Shown one piece after another: positions 18,874 through 28,100 of a DNA stretch of 52,013 nt. Position 1 is the stretch's first letter. Each line of letters begins with the position of its first letter. The notes beneath the pieces are model-generated. The model had not been told where the DNA came from. It saw only the letters and a program-made list of their open reading frames with translations, and searched no databases. The stretch lies in the NCBI GenBank assembly GCA_035267125.1, contig DATFMD010000380.1, positions 1-52,013 of the forward strand, in the 5' to 3' direction. Both the position numbers and the translations under genes were made by a program. This DNA is from Nitriliruptoraceae bacterium. Its GTDB lineage: Bacteria; Actinomycetota; Nitriliruptoria; Nitriliruptorales; Nitriliruptoraceae.

Positions 18874-20190
18874 ATGGCCGACCCGACGAACCGACCCGAC
18901 CAGCCCGGTGGGATCACCATGACGGTCGGGGATCCTCCCGGCGATGGCTCCGTGTTGGACGAGCCGATCGTCGACCTGCCGGGTGCCGACGTCTCCGAGG
19001 CGGTCCCGCCGCGTCGTCGCGATCCCGATGAGACGCCGTTGCTCGACGTCGTGGGCCTGCGGACCTACTTCCACACCCGCAACGGCACGGTGCAGGCCGT
19101 CGACGGCGTCGACCTGTCGGTGTGTCGCGGGGAGGTGCTGGGCGTGGTCGGCGAGTCCGGTTGTGGCAAGTCGGTGACGTCGCTGTCGGTGCTGGGGCTG
19201 GTGCCCTACCCCGGCGAGATCACGGAGGGGACGGTCACCTTCGACGGCCAGGAACTGACCGCGATGGGCCAGAAGCAACTGGCGAAGTTGCGTGGCGATC
19301 GCATCTCGATGATCTTCCAGCAACCCACCTCCGCCCTCAATCCGGTGTTCCGCGCGGGCAAGCAGATCGAGGAGGTCTACCAACTCCACCGCGACTACCC
19401 GGAGGACGAACGCGCCACGCGTGCCGTCGAGATGCTGCGACGGGTGGGCATCCCCGACCCCGCACGGCGCGCAGAGGCCTACCCCCACGAACTGTCCGGT
19501 GGCATGGCGCAACGCGTGATGATCGCCATGGCGCTGGCGTGCGAGCCCGACCTGTTGATCGCCGACGAACCGACCACGGCGCTGGACGTGACCATCCAGG
19601 CCCAGATCCTCGACCTGGTCCGCGACCTCGTGGCCGAGTCCGACACTGCCGTGATCATGATCACCCACGACCTGGGTGTCATCGCCGAGATGGCCGACCG
19701 CGTGGCGGTGATGTACGCCGGGCAGGTCGTCGAGGAGGCCGACGTCATCACCCTGTTCGAGGATCCACGCCACCCCTACACGCAGGGGTTGATCGGCTCG
19801 ATGCCCGTGCTGGGCGACATTCGTGACGATCTCGACACGATTCCGGGTGTCGTGCCGACGCTGGTCGATCCCGGCGTTGGCTGCCGCTTCGCTGCCCGCT
19901 GCCGGTCCCGGATCGAGTACGGCCTCGAAGAGTGCACCCGGGTCGACCCCGAGCTGTTGCCCGTTGCCGGTGGGAGCGTGGACCAGGTGGTGCGGTGCTT
20001 CCTGCACCACGACGTGGACGGGAACCCACGCGAGTTGTCACCCCTCGAACCCGGCACCGTCGATGCGCCGACGTCCGCCGACGCGGGCGCGCGCGGTGGC
20101 GACGACGAGGCCGTCGGGCGTGGCGACGCGATCGGACGCGGTGACGCTGTCGGGCGTGACGATCCGACCCGGGATGGGGGCCTGTCGTGA
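18874..20190 (+). CDS. Peptide ABC transporter ATP-binding protein (DppD/OppD-like)
   Basis: [33 protein letters not shown], Cys-rich C-terminal CRFAARC...C...C. Start position uncertain. Confidence 0.95.
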   Translation: MADPTNRPDQPGGITMTVGDPPGDGSVLDEPIVDLPGADVSEAVPPRRRDPDETPLLDVVGLRTYFHTRNGTVQAVDGVDLSVCRGEVLGVVGESGCGKSVTSLSVLGLVPYPGEITEGTVTFDGQELTAMGQKQLAKLRGDRISMIFQQPTSALNPVFRAGKQIEEVYQLHRDYPEDERATRAVEMLRRVGIPDPARRAEAYPHELSGGMAQRVMIAMALACEPDLLIADEPTTALDVTIQAQILDLVRDLVAESDTAVIMITHDLGVIAEMADRVAVMYAGQVVEEADVITLFEDPRHPYTQGLIGSMPVLGDIRDDLDTIPGVVPTLVDPGVGCRFAARCRSRIEYGLEECTRVDPELLPVAGGSVDQVVRCFLHHDVDGNPRELSPLEPGTVDAPTSADAGARGGDDEAVGRGDAIGRGDAVGRDDPTRDGGLS

Positions 20191-21242
20191 CGGACCAACC
20201 GGCCACGAGTGCACACGGGAGTGCAGCAACCGCCGCGAACTCCGCGGCAGCGCCGCTCGTCGAGTTGCAGGGCCTCACCAAGGTGTTCCCCGTCACCGGT
20301 GGCTGGCTGCAGCGCCAGGTCGGCGAGGTCCGTGCCGTCGACGGCGTCGACCTGACGATTCGCAGGGGCGAGGCCATGGGCCTGGTCGGTGAGTCGGGGT
20401 GCGGCAAGACCACGTTGGGCCGGATGCTCGTCAGGTTGCTCGAACCGACGTCGGGGACGATCACCTTCGACGGCCGAGACGTCACGCACGACCAGCCCAA
20501 GGATCTCGGACAGTTCCGCCAGGACGTCCAGTTCATCTTCCAGGATCCGTTCGCGAGTCTCGATCCGCGGTCGCAGATCGGCCACTCGATCGGGGAGGGG
20601 TTGCGCATCCACGGGATCGGCGACCGGGCAGAACGTCGGCAGCGGGTGCGTGACATCCTGGAACTCGTCGGGCTGAAGCCCGAGCACGCCGATCGCTACC
20701 CGCACGAATTCTCCGGCGGCCAACGCCAACGTGTCGGGATCGCCCGAGCGCTGATCCTGAAGCCACGCCTGGTGATCGCCGACGAACCGGTGTCGGCGCT
20801 GGACGTCTCGGTGCAGGCCCAGGTGCTGAACCTGCTCAAGGAACTGCAGTCCGAACTCGACCTGACCCTGTTGTTCATCGCCCACAACCTTGCGGTCGTC
20901 GAGCACGTGTCGAACCGGGTGGCCGTGATGTACCTGGGGCGCGTCGTCGAGGTCACGGATCGTGAATCGCTCTATCGCAACCCGACGCACCCCTACACGC
21001 AAGCCCTGTTGTCGGCGATCCCGATTCCCGATCCGCGCCGGCGCCGGCCCCGCGTCCTGCTCGAGGGCGAGATCCCGTCACCGCTCAACCCGCCGAGCGG
21101 GTGCCGCTTCCACCCGCGGTGTCCGATTGCCGAACCGGGGCTGTGCGACACCGATGACCCCCCGCTGATGGGCGTGCCGGGTGATCGGGACCACGAGGCT
21201 GCCTGCTGGGTGCGTGCCGGCGATCGGGCCGCGCGCACGTGA
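20187..21242 (+). CDS. Peptide ABC transporter ATP-binding protein (DppF/OppF-like)
   Basis: [42 protein letters not shown]. Confidence 0.95.
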   Translation: MTDQPATSAHGSAATAANSAAAPLVELQGLTKVFPVTGGWLQRQVGEVRAVDGVDLTIRRGEAMGLVGESGCGKTTLGRMLVRLLEPTSGTITFDGRDVTHDQPKDLGQFRQDVQFIFQDPFASLDPRSQIGHSIGEGLRIHGIGDRAERRQRVRDILELVGLKPEHADRYPHEFSGGQRQRVGIARALILKPRLVIADEPVSALDVSVQAQVLNLLKELQSELDLTLLFIAHNLAVVEHVSNRVAVMYLGRVVEVTDRESLYRNPTHPYTQALLSAIPIPDPRRRRPRVLLEGEIPSPLNPPSGCRFHPRCPIAEPGLCDTDDPPLMGVPGDRDHEAACWVRAGDRAART

Positions 21243-21405
21243 ACGGTGGCCCGGCGACCGGAGACCCGATCGCGAACCCCGTGAGCCGTGTCGGGGACGA
21301 ACGGGGGTGATGCCCCAGCTCCCGTGCCCATGGCGTAGGCCACCATGGCGGGTGAGGGTTGGCCAGTCTCGGCCGCCACGTCCGATTTCGACGAAGGTGC
21401 ACCAC

Positions 21406-21594
21406 ATGGCCGCCACACCACTTGTCCGTACGCGCGATGACCGCCTGATCGCCGGGGTCTGTGCCGGCCTGGGCAACCGTTTCGGCATCTCGCCCTGGTT
21501 GGCGAGGTTCCTGTTCCTGTTCGTCCCCGGTCCGAACGTGATCATCTACATCGTGCTCTGGGTCATCATGCCGGAGGAGGGCGTGGTCGAGTAG
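21406..21594 (+). CDS. PspC domain-containing protein
   Basis: LVRTRDDRLIAGVCAGLGNRFG...YIVLWVIMP. AAGG RBS before ATG 21406. Confidence 0.88.
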   Translation: MAATPLVRTRDDRLIAGVCAGLGNRFGISPWLARFLFLFVPGPNVIIYIVLWVIMPEEGVVE

Positions 21595-21628
21595 GACGAC
21601 CATGGCAGGGACGCTCGGCAAGGGACGT

Positions 21629-22240
21629 TCAGCCGAGCAGGGGCCCGCGTGGACGCGGCAGTTCGCGCTCGATCACCGCAGCGAGGTTGTCCAGTGTGGC
21701 CAGCGTCAGGCCCCACACGGTGCGGTGTTGGTGGCGGATGCCGGCGAAGGGTCCGACGAGCCGATGGAAGTGCCGCACGGAGTTGGTCCGGTCGAACAGG
21801 TGGGTCAGCGGGATCCAGACCACGGCGGCGACTTCGGCGGGCTCCGGGGTGGTGGCCGGACGTCCATCGACGACGTGGACGAACGTGGCGACACGACCGG
21901 GACGCCGGGGTGAGCGCAGGTCGTCGAGTCTTCCGACGGCCGTCGGCAGGTCCACCCCGACCTCCTCGAGGGTCTCGCGTCGGGCCGTGGCCGCCAGGTC
22001 GACGTCCTCGGGATCGCGCTTGCCGCCCGGCAGGGCCATCTGTCCGGACCAGCGGTCGCCGGCCCGACGAACGCGCTCGATGAACAGCACGTCGGCCTGC
22101 CCGTTGCCGGCCGTGGCCAGCACGAGGGCCGTCGCAGCCGTCCAGGCCTGGTCGAGTGGGTCGACGTCGGGTTCGTGGGCGGCCACGGCAGCCACGACGT
22201 CGTCGACGGTGAGGTGGTCAGCAGCGGAGGCGTCGGTCAT
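21629..22240 (-). CDS. NUDIX hydrolase (CoA pyrophosphatase-like)
   Basis: WSGQMALPGGKRDPED...ARRETLEEVG Nudix box and VWGLT. Confidence 0.88.
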   Translation of the reverse strand: MTDASAADHLTVDDVVAAVAAHEPDVDPLDQAWTAATALVLATAGNGQADVLFIERVRRAGDRWSGQMALPGGKRDPEDVDLAATARRETLEEVGVDLPTAVGRLDDLRSPRRPGRVATFVHVVDGRPATTPEPAEVAAVVWIPLTHLFDRTNSVRHFHRLVGPFAGIRHQHRTVWGLTLATLDNLAAVIERELPRPRGPLLG

Positions 22241-22246
22241 GGGGCA

Positions 22247-22252
22247 ATCGTA
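22247..22252 (-). promoter_or_regulatory. -10 box TACGAT 6 nt upstream of the NUDIX ATG (likely leaderless transcript)
   Basis: Minus strand reads TACGAT-TGCCCC-ATG with no RBS. Confidence 0.45.
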
Positions 22253-22277
22253 GAACCCTGACGACACCGGCCTCGGG

Positions 22278-22574
22278 TCAGTCCACGTCGGTCGGGGAGC
22301 CCTGGCGCTGCGCGTCGGCCAGTTCCGCCACCCGAGCCAGGTTGATGGCCCAGCCGACGCCGAACGTCCGACCTGTGAGCAGGCGGGGGTCGTCCGGCGC
22401 CCACCACGACGCCTTGAGACCGGCCATCGTCGGGGGACGGAAGTCGTAGGGAACGATTCCCCCCAATTCGCCGTGCCAGTCGCGCTCGTCCGCCGGCTTG
22501 CCCAGTTCGCTGGCCACGGCTGCGACGACCAGTCCCAATCCGATCCAGGTCAGCAGTCTTCGCAAGGTCTTCAT
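22278..22574 (-). CDS. Small membrane-anchored protein (DUF5808-like C-terminus)
   Basis: GGAGG RBS, N-terminal TM, WHG..GIVPYDFRPPT, WWAPDDPRLL...FGVGWAINL. Confidence 0.8.
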   Translation of the reverse strand: MKTLRRLLTWIGLGLVVAAVASELGKPADERDWHGELGGIVPYDFRPPTMAGLKASWWAPDDPRLLTGRTFGVGWAINLARVAELADAQRQGSPTDVD

Positions 22575-22671
22575 GTTCATCCCTCCAGTGGTCGTGGGCG
22601 CGGATGCAACCACACCACCTTTGCGCGGGCAACGGTCGCGCCGCGCCGAGGGACCCGCCTGGCACGGCGGG

Positions 22672-24921
22672 TCAGAAGCACGCCGACCCCGTCGAGACAG
22701 TGCCGTCCGGGCAGGTCGCACCGGTCCAGGTGAAGACCCGGGCGGTGTAGGCGCCCGTCGCATCGGCCCCCAACATGTTGGCGCGGTACAGGATGGCGCC
22801 GTTGTCCCAATCGTCGTACGTGATGAAGTCGGCATTGCGCAGGTCGGCGTTGCGCAGGTCGGCAGCGGTGAGGTCGGCCCCGGAGAGGTTCGCCCCCGCG
22901 AAGATGACACCCTCCATGCGTGCGTTCGCGGCGACTGCGTTCAGGAGTTTGGCGCCACTCAGGTCAGTCCTGCGGGCATACGCGCTCGACAGGTCTGCGT
23001 TCGACAGGTCAGCCCCGATCATGCTGGCACCATCGAGGCTGGTTCGGACCATCGTTGCATCGACGAAGTCTGCGCCGTAGGCGTTGGCCTCCAGGAGGTA
23101 GGCGTCTGTGAGGTCAGCCCGCGACAAGTTGCTTCGCGACAGGTCGGTCAGCGCGAAGCTGGTCCCCACCAGGGTGGTGTCGGTGAGGTCGGCGAAGCGC
23201 AACACGGCGTTGACCACGTAGGCGCCGCTGAGGTCGCTGCCCCCAAGGTCTGCGGACTCCATCCGGACCCGTTCCATGTCAGCACCGACCAGCGTCGTGT
23301 CTGAGAAGGTGGTGGATGCCAGGTTGATGTACGAGATGTCGGCGTTGGTCAGGTTGGCACCGACCAGGCTGGCGCCACCGAGATTCGAGCCGACGAGATG
23401 CCCCCCGAGGATGGCGTTGGTCAGGTCAGCGCCGCCGAGGTTCGTCCGGGCGAAGTTGGACTTCGTCGCGACAACGCCGACCAGGCTCGCGCTTGCGAGA
23501 GTCGCATCGGCCAACGTGGCCCCGGTCAACGTGGCGCCGTCGAGCGTCGCGATGACCAGGATCGCACGCGACAGGTTCGCCCGAGCCAGGTTGGCGCCGC
23601 TGAGGTCGACCCCGGCAAGGTTGCGGTCGGCGAGCTGGCACCCTTCGAGGTCGGCACCCGGTGCGATCAGCGGGTTGCCGGTGCGGCAGTCAACGCCGTT
23701 GTACAGGTCGGGTCGCTGTCCTCGCGTCACCTCCAGATCGTTGCCGATCGTGTCGCCGTCAATGTCAGGGTCGCACGCGTCGCCGACTCGATCCCGGTCC
23801 AGGTCGTCCTGGGCGGGGTTGGGGACGAGGGGGCAGTTGTCCCGGTCGTCGGTCAGACCGTCGTTGTCGTCATCGTCGTCCGTGATGTCAGCTTCGCCGT
23901 CACCGTCGGTGTCGGTCAGGCAGTCATCGGGCGAGGTTGATCCGGTGCCCAGGGTGAAGGTGCCGGCGGGGCAGTCGGTGGGGCCGGTTGCGCCGGTGGT
24001 GTCGACGTAGGTGCCCGGTGGGGCGGCGGTGCATTCGGTGGCGCCGGGGAGGTCCGAGAACGTGCCCACGGCACAGTCGGTGGCCGTGGTGGCCCCGGTG
24101 GTGGCGACATGGGTGCCCGCTGGTGCCGGCGTGCAGGCCACGCTCGCTGGCTGGTCCGCGAAGGTGCCGGCGGGGCAGTCGGTGGGGCCGGTTGCGCCGG
24201 TGGTGTCGACGTAGGTGCCGACGGGGGCGGCGGTGCATTCGGTGGCACGTTCGGTGTTGGACCAGGTGCCGATGGGGCAGTCGGTGGGGCCGGTTGCGCC
24301 GGTGGTGTCGACGTAGGTGCCCGGTGGGGCGGCGGTGCATTCGGTGGCGCCGGGGAGGTCCGAGAACGTGCCGATCGGGCACTCTGCCTGAGTGGTCGAA
24401 TCGGCAATCGGCACGAAATGGCCCGGTTGGGCAGGGCTGCAGGTGAACGTCCCGAACGAGCCAGCCGGGCATGACACGGCACGGGTCGGGTCGAGCGGGT
24501 GGGCATCGTCGTCGTCGGCAACCCCGTCGTCGTCGTCGTCGTCATCGCAGGCGTTGCCCGCGCTGTCGCCGTCGGTGTCGACCTGGTCGGGGTTCGGAAC
24601 TGCTGGGCAGTTGTCCGTGATGTCCACGATGCCGTCGAGATCGAGGTCGACCAGGACCGGCGTGCAATCCTCCCCGAACTCGTGGCCGGGCATGCCCGGG
24701 ACTGGCGTGCCGACCTCGCCATCCAGTTCGTGGCGGCCGTGTCCTCGCTCGGCCCCTCGAGCATTCATCGCTTCCATGACCCAGCCGCCACCGCCACCGT
24801 CGAAGTGGCACCATTGCAGGAGATCAGGTGGCGACGCCCCCGCTGTGGCGGCCTGGGCCACGACCAGCATCACGACGCTGATGGCGGCCACCATCGTCCG
24901 AACGAATCCTCGGGTGCTCAT
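22672..24921 (-). CDS. Secreted multidomain protein: TSP type-3 repeats, Cys-rich ephrin-receptor-like (GCC2/GCC3) repeats, pentapeptide repeats
   Basis: AGGAGG plus ATG 24921. Signal peptide MSTRGFVRTMVAAISVVMLVVAQAATAGA, DNCPAVPNPDQVDTDGD..GNACD (two blocks), CP.GT(F/Y)/CTAAPPGTY repeats, ~300 aa of A(D/N)LxG pentapeptides. Confidence 0.9.
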   Translation of the reverse strand: MSTRGFVRTMVAAISVVMLVVAQAATAGASPPDLLQWCHFDGGGGGWVMEAMNARGAERGHGRHELDGEVGTPVPGMPGHEFGEDCTPVLVDLDLDGIVDITDNCPAVPNPDQVDTDGDSAGNACDDDDDDDGVADDDDAHPLDPTRAVSCPAGSFGTFTCSPAQPGHFVPIADSTTQAECPIGTFSDLPGATECTAAPPGTYVDTTGATGPTDCPIGTWSNTERATECTAAPVGTYVDTTGATGPTDCPAGTFADQPASVACTPAPAGTHVATTGATTATDCAVGTFSDLPGATECTAAPPGTYVDTTGATGPTDCPAGTFTLGTGSTSPDDCLTDTDGDGEADITDDDDDNDGLTDDRDNCPLVPNPAQDDLDRDRVGDACDPDIDGDTIGNDLEVTRGQRPDLYNGVDCRTGNPLIAPGADLEGCQLADRNLAGVDLSGANLARANLSRAILVIATLDGATLTGATLADATLASASLVGVVATKSNFARTNLGGADLTNAILGGHLVGSNLGGASLVGANLTNADISYINLASTTFSDTTLVGADMERVRMESADLGGSDLSGAYVVNAVLRFADLTDTTLVGTSFALTDLSRSNLSRADLTDAYLLEANAYGADFVDATMVRTSLDGASMIGADLSNADLSSAYARRTDLSGAKLLNAVAANARMEGVIFAGANLSGADLTAADLRNADLRNADFITYDDWDNGAILYRANMLGADATGAYTARVFTWTGATCPDGTVSTGSACF
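23968..24372 (-). repeat. 102-bp-period intragenic tandem repeat (34-aa Cys-rich units)
   Basis: 23968-24066 is identical to 24274-24372 (offset 306). A near-identical copy starts at 24172. Confidence 0.88.
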
Positions 24922-25014
24922 CGGTGTCCTCCTGGACCCATCTTCCGAGGTCCGTCTGGTGACACGACCTCGCGCGGCGGGAGCGTAGAGACCATACGCC
25001 AGTCCTGAAGCCTG

Positions 25015-25038
25015 GATGTACGTCATTTGGCGTACATC
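25015..25038. promoter_or_regulatory. Near-palindromic operator-like site 1
   Basis: GATGTACGTCA-TT-TGGCGTACATC has 11-bp arms with one mismatch and lies in the divergent intergenic region. Confidence 0.65.
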
Positions 25039-25102
25039 GCGACGCGCACCGAGGTGCACGCTCGGACCTTCAGTTCGCGGGCTGCGACGACCGCCAGTGC
25101 CG

Positions 25103-25122
25103 TGTACGTCATTTGACGGATG
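25103..25122. promoter_or_regulatory. Operator-like site 2 (direct repeat of site 1)
   Basis: TGTACGTCATTTGACGGATG shares TGTACGTCATTTG(G/A)CG with site 1, 86 bp apart. Confidence 0.65.
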
Positions 25123-25180
25123 CCCGTGTCGAAGGGGGCGGGCATCCTCATGGCAACGCTCGGGAGAAGGAACGAATGGC

Positions 25181-28100
25181 GTGAGTGCAGGGGTGTCGAC
25201 ACTGGTGGGACGGGCAGCGCGATGGTCGTTGGCCGTGCTTGCCGTGTGCCTGCTCCTGCCGCTGTTGCCCCCGGCAGTGCAGCAGGCCGCGACGGCTTCA
25301 TCCTGGACGACGGCAGGGCCGCCAGCCCCTGACGTGACTGCCCCGACTCCCGCCGAGCTTGCCTCGATCAGCCGCAGTGCACGAGCGTTCTGGAGCACTG
25401 CCCTGCCCAGGCTCGCATCCAACGACCAGCGCCTCGTCGCTGCGTCGACCACGGCTGCAACCGCCGAAGTCGAGCCACTGGATGATGCCACCCTGGCCGG
25501 GGCCCTGGACGAGGCCGTCGCCGCTTGGTCGTCGGCCGGCCACGACGTGCCAGCCGTGTCCGCACGGGTTGGCGACCTGCCCGGCAATGACCTGGGACGC
25601 ACCGATGGCACGACCATCACCATCGACCCCACGGCAGCCGGCCACGGCTGGGGTGGGGACGGCATGGATCTTGCCACCGTCGTGCGCCACGAACTGGGCC
25701 ACGTGCTCGGCTACGACCACGGCGCGGGGGTCATGGCGACGACTCTGGCGCCGGGAGCCAGCCACCACGACCTCCCTGCGGCCGAACACGCCAGTGCGGG
25801 TGGCGCCGGGGGCACCGCCGGCGACCTTGACGAGTCCCATGACCATGACGAGACTGAAGCTCCCGTCGAGGTTGAGGGTGATGGTGACGGCCATGGGGCC
25901 GCCGAAGGCACCGAGGAACCCGCCACGGGACAGGAGGCGGTCGCCGTGCCAGCCGTGGATGGCGACGACGAGCCGATCGATGGCGAGACACCCGATGACG
26001 ATGGTGCGGCGCCTGCCGATCCGTCGACCGATGGCGACGCGGGGACGGATGGCGATCCGTCGACCGATGGCGACGCGGGGACGGATGGGGGCGCGTCTGC
26101 CGATGGTGCGCAGGACGTTCCGCTCCCAGACGGGGCGGAAGTGGACGTCGAGCCGGCCGAGCTCGGTGATGGGGCACCGGCCGCTGGAGATGACGAGGTC
26201 GGCCAGGCAACTCGTCCGACGGCGTGGGCCATGGAGGACGGCGTCGCCGTGGCACGATTGGGATCCGGGGGTGCCCTGGACCATGTCCTGCGGATCGAGG
26301 GGACGCGCCTGGCACTGGTCAGCGGGGATGGGACCATGGACCTCGCCCCCGAGTCGGTGTCCCACCGCGTCGTCGGTGGCGACGGAGACGACGTGGTGCG
26401 CGTCGACGCGTCCGTGGTCGCGGCCGGAATCGTGGTCCAGGTCGACGGTGGCCTGGGGCACGACCGACTTGTGGGTCCGACGGGTGACGTGGACTGGACG
26501 ATCTCCGGGTCGGGCGCCGGACGGTTCGCCACGGTCGGCTTCGACGGGTTCGAGGACCTGTCCGGGGCAGCCGACAACCGTGACACGTTCTTCTTCGAAG
26601 CTGGCGGGACGCTGGCCGGAGTCGTCGACGGGGGCGTCGACGGCCACGACACCCTGGTGGTGGCCAGTGGCAGCTTCGGCCGAGTCGTCTACGCCGTCAC
26701 CGGGCCGACCAGCGGGACCGTGCGTCGCGACGACGACCTGGTCACCTACACCGGCCTCGAACCGACGGTCGACACCACCGGTGGCCCCAAGGAGTTCGAC
26801 GGCACCGGGATCAGCGAGACCATCACCATCCGTACCCAGGGCACCAGCCTGTACGTGGACATCGGCATCGGCGAAGACCTCGAACTGACGAACCCGGCAG
26901 CCGTGACCAGCCTGACGGTTCGTGCCGGCCTCGGCAACAACACGATCCGGATCGAACTTCTCCCAGCCACGTTTGCCGGGGCGCTGACGATCGATGGCGG
27001 CATCGGCGACGACACCGTCGTGTTCGCCTCCAACCTCGCCCTGGCTGGCTCGGCCGTGACCGTGGACGCCGAAGCGATCGTCGTCGAGTCAGGCGTGACC
27101 ATCGACACCCGTTCGCGCGACGCCACCGGCGCCACGGTCGGCGACTCCGGTGCCATCACCCTGCGCGGCGAGCACGTCACCCTCACCGGTGCATCCATCC
27201 AGGCAGGAGCCGACCCTGCATCCGGCCACGCGGCAGGGGACGTCACCATCGCGGCTGCTCGCACGGCCGTGCTGGAGGTGACCGGCTTCCTGCCGATCGA
27301 CCCCAGCGTCAACACCGCCAGTGTCGACATCGCGAACTCCACCGTCAACGGTGGCACGGTCAGCATCACGGCCGCTGCCGAGGACGGGACCTTCTGGGGC
27401 ACTGTCGGCGACGTCGGCGACACCTGGTTGGCAAGCCTGGAGGACCTCATCGGGCAGGTTCCCGGGCTCAGCCTGAGCGCGCTGACCGGCATCGGCGGCC
27501 AGATCTCGGTTCGCTACGCCACGGCCACGGTCAACCTCACCGATGCCACGATCACGGCCGCCGGTGACGCCGAAGTGGGAGCCACGGCCTCCACCGATGC
27601 CTCCATCCACACCGTGTCGTTCAACGGGGTGGCGGCCAGTGGCGCGTTCGCGATCTCGATCGCCTACGGGCAGGCCTGGTCCACGGCCACGACCACCATC
27701 GAACGCTCGTCGATCATCGCAGTCGGAACGGTCACGGTGTACTCGTCCGCAGCGACGAACGCGTTCGTGAAGGCGCGGACGGCAGCCAACTCCGGCCCGA
27801 CCTCGTCGGGGGACGCCCGAGCCATCGCCATCGCCATCGCCCACACCAAGGAAGTCGCCCACACCATCGTGTCGGCCGGGTCCGAGGTGAGGTCACTCGA
27901 ACACAGCGTTGCGATCACGGCCGACGGCGAGGTGACCAACTTCGCGTGGGCGCAACCAAACGTCTCCGACAGCGGGACCCTGGCGATCGCCTTCGCGTTC
28001 GACTTCGACATCGCCGACGTCAAGACCGTCGTCGACGGCCGGGTCGATGCCGCCGGCGGGATGGACGGCACCTTCAGCGCCAACAGCGATGTCGACTACA

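Noticed and set aside
23968-24372. Possible CRISPR-like array (also the repeats at 2122-2190 and 14919-15008)
   Set aside because: All are in-frame coding tandem repeats without unique spacers, and no cas genes are present.
24922-25677. N-terminal extensions in the ORF track (25677 start on minus, 25016 start on plus) implying overlapping genes
   Set aside because: RBS and signal peptides support starts at 24921 and ~25181, leaving a real intergenic region with operator motifs.
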